62,888 nt of DNA, filler included, from Sanchytrium tribonematis (GCA_018985235.1; 15 parts of 15 records of this genome joined end to end with filler, not necessarily neighbours in it); one strand, 5' to 3'; shown: positions 9,854-20,535, counted from the whole stretch's first letter. The notes: generated from the sequence alone by a model not told the origin. Program-made: numbers and translations.

Positions 9854-10945
9854 ATGCACCCACCTTTAATCTTTACACCGAATGAACATGTTAAAAGATC
9901 TCAAGACCTGCAAACTAGAAACAAAAAAGTGATAGAGTTTTACAAAGATCAAAATGAAGTTCTGAAGAGATATGATAAACTCTTACAAAAGTTAAATTAT
10001 AAAGATTTAGAAGTGGATGAAGAACGAATCGCTAATAGAGATCATGCAAAGTACTTGATTTATGTCTCGTTTGTTGTGACTGTCACTATATTTGTGGGTA
10101 TGATCATTTTAGCCATTACTTCGAAATCTATCAGCATTTTGGCAGCATCGTTGGATGCCATGCTTGATTTAGTGAGCAATTCGATTTTATTTTTGACTCA
10201 CAGAGTTATGGCTAAGAAGAACTTCTATAACTACCCAATTGGTAGAAGTAGAGTTGAAAATATAGGTATTATTTTATATTCAAGCGTGATGTCAACATTT
10301 GCAATTCAAGTAATGGTCGAAGCCATTAAAAAATTCATCGCAATTGGAAATCATGAGAATGTTGACTTGAATTTGGCGCTAGACCCATTCACCATTGGAA
10401 TGCTGATATACGTTGTCGTGATAAAAACCGGACTATATTTTATATGTCTCAGATACGCTAAAGTTTCTAAATCAGCAGAAACATTAGCAATTGATCACCG
10501 TAATGATTTAATGTTTAATATTCTCAGTTTTGCTATGGGATTCGCTGCGTATTACAGCAATCAGTACTTTTTGGATCCCCTTGGAGGTATGTTATTAAGT
10601 TTGTTTATTTTGGTCAGTTGGGCCAAACTGGGACTTGAACAAATTGCTGTTGTAACTGGAAAGGCTGCAGATAAGAAATTTATCAACGAGATTACATTCT
10701 TAGTATGTCACTTTGACACACTTATTTTACAGATAGATACTGTCAGATGTTATCATTTAAGTGATAATTATTTGGTTGAAGTAGATATTGTTATGGCTCC
10801 TGATCTTCCTTTAAAGACTGCTCACGATGTGGGACAAAGTCTTCAAGATTTTCTAGAAGAATGCCCTGGAGTCGAAAGGGCATATGTGCACTTGGATTGG
10901 GAAGTGGAACATAAAATAGAGCATCAATTTAATCTTAACAAATAA
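9854..10945 (+). CDS. Cation diffusion facilitator, Mn-CDF (MTP8-11-like)
   Basis: ASLDAMLD, YPIGRSRVE, DHRND, D.VRCYH, VEVDIV, HDVG.SLQ, VERAYVHLD. Confidence 0.9.
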   Translation: MHPPLIFTPNEHVKRSQDLQTRNKKVIEFYKDQNEVLKRYDKLLQKLNYKDLEVDEERIANRDHAKYLIYVSFVVTVTIFVGMIILAITSKSISILAASLDAMLDLVSNSILFLTHRVMAKKNFYNYPIGRSRVENIGIILYSSVMSTFAIQVMVEAIKKFIAIGNHENVDLNLALDPFTIGMLIYVVVIKTGLYFICLRYAKVSKSAETLAIDHRNDLMFNILSFAMGFAAYYSNQYFLDPLGGMLLSLFILVSWAKLGLEQIAVVTGKAADKKFINEITFLVCHFDTLILQIDTVRCYHLSDNYLVEVDIVMAPDLPLKTAHDVGQSLQDFLEECPGVERAYVHLDWEVEHKIEHQFNLNK

Positions 10946-10950
10946 TTAAT

Positions 10951-12582
10951 TTATAATTTTAAACCGTAAGCATCTCTAAACCTTTGGGGTATTGAAGACA
11001 CAACGGCCTTATTTTCAACATCGTTCATGTGAATACTTCTTGTGAGATCGGGAGAATACCTTGTCATGGGATCTGCAGTCCATTTGCCGCTCTGCACCGA
11101 TAACTTTGAAAATGTTTTCCATTCTAATAAACGAAAGCAATATCTTCTTTCACGTTCGACTTCCTCTTTGTCTATACCTAAAGCCAGCTGATGAGCGCTC
11201 CAAACAGCGTCTAAAGAATTGTGAAAACCTCTATTCACCCCTAGACCTTGAGGCCAATACGGATTCTGAAGTGCATCTCCAATAGGTAGAATTAAAACAT
11301 CGCTTTCCCACTTTAAAGGTTGCACGCAGACTCCTTTGCAGGAAAAATCAAAAGCTTGCACACCGTTTCTGTCGCAGATTGGAGCAGAATCCGGGACACC
11401 CGCCGACTGCGCTAAGATTCTTCCAAGATCTCTCAGTTTCTGGAAATCCATGTTGTCTTTGATTAATGTATCCTTAACTTTTGCAAAAACATCCCTAACG
11501 ACACCAAAATTTCTTAATGTAGCAAGTTTTGTTGTAGCAGCAATAAAATGAATTTGATTGCCCCGCATATACTCCATATTTTCGAGATCGACTCCGAGCT
11601 CGATAAGTCTACCCAAAGGACCTTTTTTCCAATCTGCAGAGGCCCTCCATACCTGAAATTCATCCAGTTGCCTTTCTTCCTTTGTAGGATTTGAAGAAAA
11701 CTCTAAGTTTACAACAATTCCAATTGCTTCGCTGTATTTTGCTACTTTTCTGTCAAATCCTAGCCTTCGTATCAAACGTGAGGATTCTCCTTCTGCTATC
11801 AACAAAGTATTAAAGTCGACCAGAGTTGATTTTTTTAGATAATCTGCGTCCGATTCCCTCAGGACTGGCGATTTGAATATGGCAGAGTCCTCTGATATGG
11901 CCTTTTCGAAAAAATCAACTTTTGAAGTTTGTTCTAATTTGTCAGTGTCAGTTTCACACGGTTTTAACGCAAGCTCATTCGTTTCTATCATGGGATTTTG
12001 AAGATAGGCTCTGGCTGCTTCTGAAGGCAATGCCCAAATACAATAATTCGAAGAATTTGTAAAACTTGGATGCAGTATTCCACAGACGCCTTCTCCAAAG
12101 TTAACTGTGACACCGAACAGCAAGCACACTTTAAGAAGGCACAATTGAATTTCTCGCGTGCCAAGATGTAGCAATCCGTGGGATTTAAATCCAGGTACAA
12201 ATATATTTAAACCAAAGCCCATCATGTCATCCACAGTTGCCTGCCAAGTTTTCAGAATATTGTGCCTAGAACAGGAACTTCGAAGCTCGATTAAGGTCAC
12301 ATGATGACCTAATAAAGCAAGTTCTACTGCAGCTCGTAGTCCACAAGGACCAGCACCACTAACAACGACTTTGCTTTTTGTTTTAATACTATCTGAATTG
12401 TATCTTTTGTCTAATGTACTAAATAATTGTTTGTGTTTAAATGGAAGGCTGGGCAAAATGCCATTTCTTATTGAAACGTAACCAGTTCCACCAGATACTT
12501 CTTTGACTTTTTCAAAAGCTTCAATTGTTGGAATTGCGTCATTTGCATTGATAAACTCTTCAAATAAAATTTTAACAACCAT
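10951..12582 (-). CDS. Stand-alone MICAL-type flavoprotein monooxygenase (no CH/LIM domains)
   Basis: GAGPCGLRAAVELALLG, SRHNIL, QLCLLKVCLLFGV, DLEN, FDFS and GDALQNPYWPQGLGVNRGF match the MICAL MO domain. Confidence 0.85.
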   Translation of the reverse strand: MVVKILFEEFINANDAIPTIEAFEKVKEVSGGTGYVSIRNGILPSLPFKHKQLFSTLDKRYNSDSIKTKSKVVVSGAGPCGLRAAVELALLGHHVTLIELRSSCSRHNILKTWQATVDDMMGFGLNIFVPGFKSHGLLHLGTREIQLCLLKVCLLFGVTVNFGEGVCGILHPSFTNSSNYCIWALPSEAARAYLQNPMIETNELALKPCETDTDKLEQTSKVDFFEKAISEDSAIFKSPVLRESDADYLKKSTLVDFNTLLIAEGESSRLIRRLGFDRKVAKYSEAIGIVVNLEFSSNPTKEERQLDEFQVWRASADWKKGPLGRLIELGVDLENMEYMRGNQIHFIAATTKLATLRNFGVVRDVFAKVKDTLIKDNMDFQKLRDLGRILAQSAGVPDSAPICDRNGVQAFDFSCKGVCVQPLKWESDVLILPIGDALQNPYWPQGLGVNRGFHNSLDAVWSAHQLALGIDKEEVERERRYCFRLLEWKTFSKLSVQSGKWTADPMTRYSPDLTRSIHMNDVENKAVVSSIPQRFRDAYGLKL

Positions 12583-12605
12583 AATCGTTTCAGATTATCT
12601 CCACA

Positions 12606-13187
12606 TCATGTTGGATTTCTCATTAAAATGCTAATCCTTCTTTTATTTTCCAACTTCCATTCACTGGGAAAATTAATATCATATTTTCTATAAAGCGCGT
12701 GTTGAAAATATTTTCTAACATTTCCATGCTGGATGTATAAAGAATATCTTGGCAAATATGCATAAAATTCATCAATTTCAAATTGGTATTCTGTCTCCTT
12801 TTTAAAATGCATAACAGAATTACTCAATAGACTTAGTCCGCAAATATGAGGTCCTGCGTAGTGATCTAAGTGATGCTTAATGAAGCCGTCAGTTTGCAAG
12901 TCTAGTATATGGAAATCCTGCCATTTTAAATGAAACCTATTCAAAGTGTCCATAATCTTATCTTTAAGTGGCATTTCTTTAGTTAAGCATTCCCTGTAGT
13001 TTGATATCACAGTGTCAAAATGGGCTGGTTCGTAACTGAACTTTTTCAACTTTGCATTTGCAAAATCGACCAGAATCTTTTCATCGTGATCATCTATAAA
13101 ATCTGGAATGATTTGAATATCGAGATTGTCGTTAATATTTTTAGTAGGTGAGTATATAAATTTTAGGCGTTTTAAAACTTTTAACAT
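12606..13187 (-). CDS. ALKBH7: AlkB homolog 7, 2OG-Fe(II) dioxygenase (mitochondrial)
   Basis: HFD.VI..YRE, HILDL, HLD (HxD), GLSLLS, RYSLYI, RRIS..R. Confidence 0.88.
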   Translation of the reverse strand: MLKVLKRLKFIYSPTKNINDNLDIQIIPDFIDDHDEKILVDFANAKLKKFSYEPAHFDTVISNYRECLTKEMPLKDKIMDTLNRFHLKWQDFHILDLQTDGFIKHHLDHYAGPHICGLSLLSNSVMHFKKETEYQFEIDEFYAYLPRYSLYIQHGNVRKYFQHALYRKYDINFPSEWKLENKRRISILMRNPT

Positions 13188-13276
13188 TTCTGTATCTGTT
13201 TGAAATATCCCTTGTCACTCTATGAAAAATACAAATGCAGATTCCAAATTTAAATTTATTATTGAGCGTGATTTCT

Positions 13277-14422
13277 TTATGGATAGATTATATATTTTCT
13301 GTATTTTTGAGGAATAATACTGTATAGGTTTTTAGACTCAAGCCATTTTTTGGAAAATAAGCGAGACTGATATTTATGTCCAGTATCACACAATATTGTC
13401 ACTATTCTGTGACCTGGTCCTAACATTTTCGCGACTTTTGTAGCCGCAACAATGTTCATTGCAGAAGAAGCACCAACTAGAATCCCTTCTTCATCAATCA
13501 GTCTGAATACCATTAAAATGGTTTCCTCATCTGGTATATGAACAGAATCATCGATTAAATGAAAACCCTCTGCAAGGTTATTGGTTATTCTACCTTGACC
13601 AATGCCTTCTGTTATTGAGTTTGTGCCTACTGGTGACACATTTAATCCTCTGGATTTTACAGCATTAAATAAGCAAGCCCCGGGTGGATCTGCAAGAACA
13701 ATTCTTGTATATGGACTATTTTGTTTTATGTATTTGGCTACTCCTGCCAAGGTTCCACCACTTCCAGTCCCACAAACAAATGCGCTTAAATTGTGAGATT
13801 TGTATTTGCGTATGACATATTCCATTGGAGAAAAGGTACCTTTATAATATTCAGGCGTGCCGTCTTGTTTGAAAATTGCAGGCTGATACATCGGTGAAAA
13901 TTCAGCACAATTTCGAAGAATTTCCGGACCAGTTGTCTCATAATGGGCCTTCGTATTGGCAGTATTATCGAATTGGTCCGTCCAAAAATGATGTTTGTTA
14001 ATTTTGGCATAATTCATAGCTTGTTTGTTGTAATTCAAAGGGTCTGCAAATGGTTTTACCGGAACTGGATATACCTGAGCTCCCAATAATTTTAAAATAT
14101 CTACTTTCTCTTGACTTTGAGTGTTTGGCATGAACATTACAGCATTAAATCCTTTTGACCTACAAAGGTGCAAAAGTGCAATTGCAGTATTACCAGCACT
14201 ACCTTCGACAATGGTGACGTCTTTTGGTTTTAAATGCGCATTATCAGGACTTTTTAATTTTTTTTCAACGTCCATAAGTAAATACTTGGCTGCTCGGTCT
14301 TTAACGCTTCCGCATGGATTCATAAATTCGCACTTGGCCAATATTTCACATTGTGTTTCTTTAAAAAGAGATTGTAATCGAACTAAGGAAGTATTGCCAA
14401 TTAAATGTGTGAGTAGACTCAT
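13277..14422 (-). CDS. Cysteine synthase (O-acetylserine sulfhydrylase, PLP-dependent)
   Basis: KCEFMNPCGSVKDRAA, EGSAGNT, QFDN.AN, GTGSGGT, ITEGIGQGR, TILCD. Carries an insertion of about 35 aa. Confidence 0.93.
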   Translation of the reverse strand: MSLLTHLIGNTSLVRLQSLFKETQCEILAKCEFMNPCGSVKDRAAKYLLMDVEKKLKSPDNAHLKPKDVTIVEGSAGNTAIALLHLCRSKGFNAVMFMPNTQSQEKVDILKLLGAQVYPVPVKPFADPLNYNKQAMNYAKINKHHFWTDQFDNTANTKAHYETTGPEILRNCAEFSPMYQPAIFKQDGTPEYYKGTFSPMEYVIRKYKSHNLSAFVCGTGSGGTLAGVAKYIKQNSPYTRIVLADPPGACLFNAVKSRGLNVSPVGTNSITEGIGQGRITNNLAEGFHLIDDSVHIPDEETILMVFRLIDEEGILVGASSAMNIVAATKVAKMLGPGHRIVTILCDTGHKYQSRLFSKKWLESKNLYSIIPQKYRKYIIYP

Positions 14423-14435
14423 GTATTATAATCCC

Positions 14436-14624
14436 CTATTTATTATCTTCATATCCATTTAGTCCAGAAAAACGACTTTCTGGAAGCGGATATCCATGTG
14501 GAATTGGAAATTTCTTATGGTCTTTAAAATTAAATGAAAAAACTGCAATCACTGGTGCCGCAAGGCCCAGAACTGTCGCAACAGATGCCACAGGATATTT
14601 GAAGACGAATTGACGAAGAGACAT
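14436..14624 (-). CDS. Complex I accessory 9.5 kDa subunit (fungal NI9M / NDUFA3-like)
   Basis: 62 aa, one TM segment, then PIPHGYPLP...GYED tail typical of NI9M. Confidence 0.8.
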   Translation of the reverse strand: MSLRQFVFKYPVASVATVLGLAAPVIAVFSFNFKDHKKFPIPHGYPLPESRFSGLNGYEDNK

Positions 14625-14753
14625 CGAAACAGGGATCTCTCACTTTTAATTTCATTTAGAAAACCTTTGAATTTGTTAATAATCGTTCATTTCTTTAATT
14701 TGTCAAGTATTTATTATGGTTATTGAAACTTCAAAGAAATTGTATTCAGGAGA

Positions 14754-15728
14754 ATGCAACGGAGGTTTTTGTCAAAGCTTAAATTTTACAGCCAACAATT
14801 ACACGATCTTCGACACATAAAAGACAAAGATTTATTAGAATTGGCAAAAGCAGAAATAGAGGAAGTACATCATGGCAGAGATGAAATTATAAACGATTAT
14901 TTTCGAAAGAATTTACCAAAATCTATGATAGTGGAATTTCGAACTGGAGCTGGTGGTGATGAAAGTGCTCTTTTTGTGCAAGAATTATCACAGATGTACG
15001 AGCTTTTCTGGGATCATTTAGGATGGAAAAAGGAAACGATGGAAAGTGTTAAAGCAAACAAGGGCTTAAGACAAATATCATATCGATTAGATGGTAACCG
15101 TTTTAGATTCCTTCAACAAGAAGCAGGCGTTCATAGAGTTCAAAGAGTACCAGAAACTGAAACTAAAGGTAGGATTCATACTTCCACTGTGACTGTTGCT
15201 GTTCTTCCTGAAATGGAAATCGCTAATGTGATTATCAATGAAGAAGATTTAGAGATTCAAACTTTTCGGGCGTCTGGTAAGGGTGGTCAACATGTTAATA
15301 AAACAGAAAGTGCTGTAAGAGTGAAACACATTCCTTCTGGGTTGGTAGTTTCCTGTCAGGACGAGAGGTCCCAACACTTGAACAAGGCGAAATGTTTAAA
15401 AGTACTGACTTTCAGACTCCAACAACAAGAATCTCAATCTAAGTCTGATCTTACAATGGGGAAACGAAAGGACCAAGTAGGTAGCGGAGGAAGAAATGAA
15501 AGAATACGAACCTTTAATTATCCTCAAAATCGAATTACTGACCATAGAATAGCCAAATCGATACCTCTTCATGAATTCAGACCAGGTTCATTTGCAGAAG
15601 ATTTGATCTACCAAACTCCTATAGAATGTCATCAATATGGAGACTTGTTGGCAGAGTTGACCAGATTACATGAAATTAACTTACTTCAAGAAAAATTGGA
15701 TGGGTCTATATATGAGAATTTATTTTAA
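14754..15728 (+). CDS. MRF1: Mitochondrial peptide chain release factor 1
   Basis: GAGGDE, EAGVHRVQRVPETE (PxT), GGQHVN, RIRTFNYPQ, and a presequence-like N-terminus. Confidence 0.93.
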   Translation: MQRRFLSKLKFYSQQLHDLRHIKDKDLLELAKAEIEEVHHGRDEIINDYFRKNLPKSMIVEFRTGAGGDESALFVQELSQMYELFWDHLGWKKETMESVKANKGLRQISYRLDGNRFRFLQQEAGVHRVQRVPETETKGRIHTSTVTVAVLPEMEIANVIINEEDLEIQTFRASGKGGQHVNKTESAVRVKHIPSGLVVSCQDERSQHLNKAKCLKVLTFRLQQQESQSKSDLTMGKRKDQVGSGGRNERIRTFNYPQNRITDHRIAKSIPLHEFRPGSFAEDLIYQTPIECHQYGDLLAELTRLHEINLLQEKLDGSIYENLF

Positions 15729-15741
15729 AAGTGTACATAAA

Positions 15742-18219
15742 CTATTTGAATGCCATACTGACACGTTGGACCAGTCTCACTTTACTGGCCATTTTTTTTA
15801 AGGAAGTGGATTGAAGATTTTGTAGGGCGGCTTTACATTTCGAACAGTTGTATTGAGCGCCCATCCTGTAATAATGTGTGGCTGTCTCAATATTTGGAGC
15901 TTGATGCAAACCTTTTTCGTAAGATTTACCCATAAGAAAAAATGCCGGAACCACCAATTCACGAACCGCATCTAATAAAAGCTGCCTACTTATATCTAAT
16001 CTTTCAGCTTCAGGCATTTGCATCCCAAACCCATGAAAATAAATTTGAGATAATTCGATAAGAGCCTGCTTGTATCCTGAATCTATTGCCGATTTAAGGC
16101 AAAATATAGCCTTGTTGATATCGAAAAAAGGTTCTATAAAATGATTTGCTTCAAGATTTGCATATATGATTCCCAGTAATTTCCAAGCTGCTGGATTATT
16201 TCCTTGTTCCGCAGCGATAGTCAAAGCCTCAATGGCACGTGGTATATTCAAAGTGATTCCGACGCCCCTTAGATAACATTCACCCAAATTTAAGTATGCC
16301 TTCATATACTTTTTTTCAGCAGCCAGTAAAAACCACTGAAAAGCATCCTGTGGCCTTTCTTTTTGAATTTCCTTGCCAAAAAAATTCATTGCAGATGGGT
16401 TTCCCTTATCAGCTGCTCTCCTTAGGTGAATCATGCCTTTGTCATATTTTGGAGGCTGGCATTGTTTTAGGTAAAAGTAACCCAACCTTAGATGTGCATA
16501 ATCATTATCACTTTCTGCTGCTTTTTTAAAATATTCCAATGCGATATTCAAATCAGTATTGACATATCTTCCACTGCTGTGCATGTCACCTAATTTAATT
16601 TGTGCCTTGACATTTCCCTCACAAGCATGTTTGTATAATATGTCAATCCCTTTTTTTATAGAATCGTCATCATTCTTCGCAAACAGTCCTTCACAGTAAT
16701 CAATTATAGTTGATTGTTTTTCAGTGTCGTGAAGCGGGTCCATTATTTTTTGACGTTGAGAAATAAAAGATTTGCTATTTGTCACACTCGAAGGGTTGCT
16801 TTCAGCTTTTATGGCAGGTTTTTCAATATCACAACCAGGAATATTACTAAGGTCATCTATAATTTCTTGAAAAGAGTACCGTTTATAACTGTCAAAGATT
16901 AAGCAATTTGTGATCAAGTGCCATATCCGTGGATCGCATTTGACTAATTTAGCTGGCATGCCACCATTCATTACTATTTGTTTAACTTTTTCATCAGAAT
17001 CACCACAATAAGGGGGCCGGTAATTATTGAAAACTTCATATATCGTCATTCCAAAAGCATAACTATCAACTGGGAAATCAGGCTGTTCTTTTCGCATCAG
17101 TTCTGGTGCCATCCATCTCAAAGTACCCCCAATAACAACGGGATCTTCCTCAGCATCCTTGACAAAAGAAAATCCGAAATCACATACTTTTGCAGTTCCC
17201 TCGCCGTTAACTAGAATATTGATAGCTTTCATATCACCATGAATGACACTATTCTCATGCAAATGTCTCATGCCTAAAGCTGCTTCTTTGAGGGTCCTAA
17301 TCCTTTGATCGGGGTATCTTTTTAAGTAAGATATCAAATGCCCATTTTGCATATACTCACAAACCATAAATGGCTTTTCAACAGTATGACAGGCTCCATA
17401 TAAGTTTAATACATGTGGGTGGTGATTCAATTCAAAATACCACACTTCCACTTCTTTTACGAAATCTTTTAGTCGTTCAGTCCTTTTATCAGTCTTCCGC
17501 ATGACTTTAATTGCAACATTGGAACGGTTCCACTCACCAATGTAAATGTCTCCGTAGCCACCGCTCGCAATTTTGTGCTTCAGTGTGATTTCCCATTGTG
17601 GAATTAGCCATTTCTCTTTGCTGGCTTGTTGTCCGCTTAGTCTTTGGATGCAAGAACTTGCAGATATTAAAAATTGCTTTTCGACGTCATTCTTTATCAT
17701 TTTCATACGCTTTTCCATAATAAATAAAGCTTCCATATACTGTTCTTCCCGTAATTCCAATGCGTCAATCAATTTCTCTTCCCTATTTTCTAATTCTTGT
17801 AAATACTTTAGAATGACAACGTTATCAGCCTTTTTGTCTTCTTCGTCTTCATCTCTTATTTTTTTAGCATCCAAAAATAATTGGCACTCAATAGAATCAG
17901 CCAAACTAGTCAGCCGTTCGTTAAAGTCCTTCAGAGATCGATGAAATCCATCTGCGTTCAAAACTCTTTGTAAAAGCTGGCATTTTGCGTGTTCGGCTAG
18001 AAAAACCTCAATGTCTTTTAACAGATTTTCAAATTGTCTCGACAATTCAGATAGATTTTTCTTTTTTGCGACTACATCCGCATATTTTATAAAATCCTCA
18101 CATCGGTCCACTAGTCGCAAAATTTGTAGTTGATTAATTTTTAACTTGTTGGCCCTATTCCTAACGAAAACGAATGCACTAAATGCACCTGACAAAAGCG
18201 GAGCAGCCACGACTATCAT
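15742..18219 (-). CDS. MLKL-like N-terminal helical domain + TKL protein kinase + SEL1 repeats
   Basis: First ATG at 18219. N-terminal 4HB-like region (INQLQILRLVDRC...LKDFNERL), intact VAIK/HGDMKAIN/DFG/APE, several SEL1 repeats (AQIKLGDM, AYLNLGECYLRGVG). Confidence 0.88.
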   Translation of the reverse strand: MIVVAAPLLSGAFSAFVFVRNRANKLKINQLQILRLVDRCEDFIKYADVVAKKKNLSELSRQFENLLKDIEVFLAEHAKCQLLQRVLNADGFHRSLKDFNERLTSLADSIECQLFLDAKKIRDEDEEDKKADNVVILKYLQELENREEKLIDALELREEQYMEALFIMEKRMKMIKNDVEKQFLISASSCIQRLSGQQASKEKWLIPQWEITLKHKIASGGYGDIYIGEWNRSNVAIKVMRKTDKRTERLKDFVKEVEVWYFELNHHPHVLNLYGACHTVEKPFMVCEYMQNGHLISYLKRYPDQRIRTLKEAALGMRHLHENSVIHGDMKAINILVNGEGTAKVCDFGFSFVKDAEEDPVVIGGTLRWMAPELMRKEQPDFPVDSYAFGMTIYEVFNNYRPPYCGDSDEKVKQIVMNGGMPAKLVKCDPRIWHLITNCLIFDSYKRYSFQEIIDDLSNIPGCDIEKPAIKAESNPSSVTNSKSFISQRQKIMDPLHDTEKQSTIIDYCEGLFAKNDDDSIKKGIDILYKHACEGNVKAQIKLGDMHSSGRYVNTDLNIALEYFKKAAESDNDYAHLRLGYFYLKQCQPPKYDKGMIHLRRAADKGNPSAMNFFGKEIQKERPQDAFQWFLLAAEKKYMKAYLNLGECYLRGVGITLNIPRAIEALTIAAEQGNNPAAWKLLGIIYANLEANHFIEPFFDINKAIFCLKSAIDSGYKQALIELSQIYFHGFGMQMPEAERLDISRQLLLDAVRELVVPAFFLMGKSYEKGLHQAPNIETATHYYRMGAQYNCSKCKAALQNLQSTSLKKMASKVRLVQRVSMAFK

Positions 18220-18417
18220 GTTTGAAAGGAGTCCACATGTAACAGTTACACTAGATTTAGACAATTATATACGTCAATACAGTGAAGCCAGTTTCTCGCT
18301 GATAATTAGCTTGACAATTACTTGCTCTGTCAGCGAATTTATTAGATTTACATACCACGTTAATCTGATTTTTAAATTTTTCGAATTTTACTTTTTCCCT
18401 CCCTAAAAATATCTACG

Positions 18418-18517
18418 NNNNNNNNNNNNNNNNNNNNNNNNNNNNNNNNNNNNNNNNNNNNTTAATTAATTAANNNNNNNNNNNNNNNNNNNNNNNNNNN
18501 NNNNNNNNNNNNNNNNN
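18418..18517. other. Artificial contig linker (N-run + TTAATTAATTAA + N-run), first of 14
   Basis: Identical 100-nt linkers also start at 20434, 22448, 40895, 42905, 44913, 46919, 48924, 50928, 52932, 54925, 56917, 58908 and 60899. The core gives stops in all six frames. Confidence 0.99.
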
Positions 18518-18591
18518 TTCCAATCACAACAACATTGTACAACATGGGTCACACTTCAAAATACAAAAGCACGCTGTCAAAAATAAGGGGT

Positions 18592-19653
18592 ATGTTGTTT
18601 GTGAATTTGCCATTTGTTCATTGCTTAATAGGAAATGCTCGATGGCCAAAAGTTAGTGCCGTAGTAAAAGAGTCTAATCCTGTGAAGCAATGGAATATGA
18701 TATATGAATACGAATTTTATAACGCAGAGGAAAAGTTCAAAATTAAGCGTCTACATAAAATATTTATTCGATTATCTAAAAAAGAAGGCTATTTAGATAG
18801 TCTGACAGATTTGCAAAAGTCAGAATTCTCTAAAGTTCATCACGAGGCCAATCTCTTGTACGATATTTCGGAAAAGCAATACGGTTCAAATGAAAATCTT
18901 GCGGTTCGTACAAAAAAGTCAATTGATTATCAAGATTTAATCCCTGTTTCCCAGTATGCATCTAGAGCCGGTGATTTAATTATGAAACTGAATATATTGC
19001 ACAATGAACCACAGAGTCACTTAGCTACCGAGAATGTGGAATATCACATACCTTACATGGTTGCATCTGCTTATCGAATTTTGGTTGGCATCACGCGAAA
19101 ATTTAAAAATGAGCAAAGTTTATATGACTTTCATCAATCAATTGATGCCACTCAATTGGATTCAATGTATAGCACAATGAGAATTCACGACCAACATATG
19201 TTAGAAAGTTCTGATTCCGCAATTACTAAACGTCAACTGGCATTTGATCAATTCTTATACTTGTTTTGGAATGGATATTTCAACAAACGTCGAGCATTCC
19301 AATTTGAAGCCATTAAAAGAGAAGTGTACAAGGGTGCTGCAGCATTTGGAATAGTTAAAGGACAATCTTTGCAGTTTGCTGGTTATAACTTGGCTATTAT
19401 TAGTAGAAAATATTCAGGAGTGAAGATTGAAAAAGATGGAAAAATACTAAATGGAAGACAAATATTGGAAGACAAGAGTAATTTCCTAAACAATGTCGCA
19501 TCAGTTACTAATGATGATGATTTCATGGATCTCGTCATCGCTGCACAATTACTTGATTATTTTGTTTACAACATACACCTGCAATTTGCTATGAACAATA
19601 GAGAAGCCAATAAGTTCAGAGAATTACTTCCAACATTAGAATTAAAGCAATAA
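18592..19653 (+). CDS. Orphan protein, probably secreted
   Basis: Long ORF. Likely ATG at 18592 follows AAGGGGT and starts a short hydrophobic leader MLFVNLPFVHC. No domain recognised. Confidence 0.6.
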   Translation: MLFVNLPFVHCLIGNARWPKVSAVVKESNPVKQWNMIYEYEFYNAEEKFKIKRLHKIFIRLSKKEGYLDSLTDLQKSEFSKVHHEANLLYDISEKQYGSNENLAVRTKKSIDYQDLIPVSQYASRAGDLIMKLNILHNEPQSHLATENVEYHIPYMVASAYRILVGITRKFKNEQSLYDFHQSIDATQLDSMYSTMRIHDQHMLESSDSAITKRQLAFDQFLYLFWNGYFNKRRAFQFEAIKREVYKGAAAFGIVKGQSLQFAGYNLAIISRKYSGVKIEKDGKILNGRQILEDKSNFLNNVASVTNDDDFMDLVIAAQLLDYFVYNIHLQFAMNNREANKFRELLPTLELKQ

Positions 19654-19660
19654 ACTATAT

Positions 19661-20433
19661 TTACTGAATATACTCTTTTAATTTCATTAATCTCTCTATA
19701 GCCCCATAAATCATCTCATCATCTTTACAAAAACACAATCTAATATAATTCTCACCAATATGTGCATTTTGTGGTAAATAAAAGGAACTAGGGGGAATAC
19801 ATGCTACTTTAATATGCGTGGTCAACCACCAACACATTTGCCAATCTCTACCACGTGGTTTAATATCCTCAGGAATGATTTGCAAGTGATGTTTGGGAAT
19901 ATGGATATTCTGAGTATTGACGAGAATGAAATAAGAGCCATCAGGGACAGTAAATTGTAAATTTAATGAATTTAAACAATCTACTAATAAATCACGTTTC
20001 TTTTGTAATAGGGTGCGTTGTTGGCTAAAGAATTTACGGTCTGGTTCTAATTGGAATCCAATGTTGATGAGATGTTGGAGGGGTTGATTGGGACAGAATA
20101 CGATGCGAGAATGTGCGATTAAAATGTGTTTTAGAATCTCCGATTTTGCAATGGCCCATCCAATTCTGTGGCCTGTGGCTGAGAACATCTTACCGGCACT
20201 TCCAATGGTGACTGTGTAATCATGCATATGTGGTAATGTGCAAAATGGGATATGTTTGACATTAAATGTTAATTCTGAATAAACTTCATCAGAAATAACT
20301 AGAATATTGTGATGTTTGATGATTTTGGATAATTCCAACATTTCTGAGTGATTGAATACTTTGCCACTTGGATTATGAGGGGTGTTGAATATGATAATCT
20401 TGGTTTTATTGGAAATAGTGGATTTTAACAAAT
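19661..20433 (-). CDS. BNA3: Kynurenine aminotransferase (class I), 3' part, cut by contig end
   Basis: NTPHNPSGKVF, SDEVY, GSAGKMFSATG.R.GW, RGRDW, IPPS.FY, RLCFCK. Confidence 0.9.
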
Positions 20434-20535
20434 NNNNNNNNNNNNNNNNNNNNNNNNNNNNNNNNNNNNNNNNNNNNTTAATTAATTAANNNNNNNNNNN
20501 NNNNNNNNNNNNNNNNNNNNNNNNNNNNNNNNNCA

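Noticed and set aside
14754..15728. Bacterial prfA contamination or HGT
   Set aside because: It has a mitochondrial presequence-like N-terminus and sits among eukaryotic genes, so it is ordinary MRF1.
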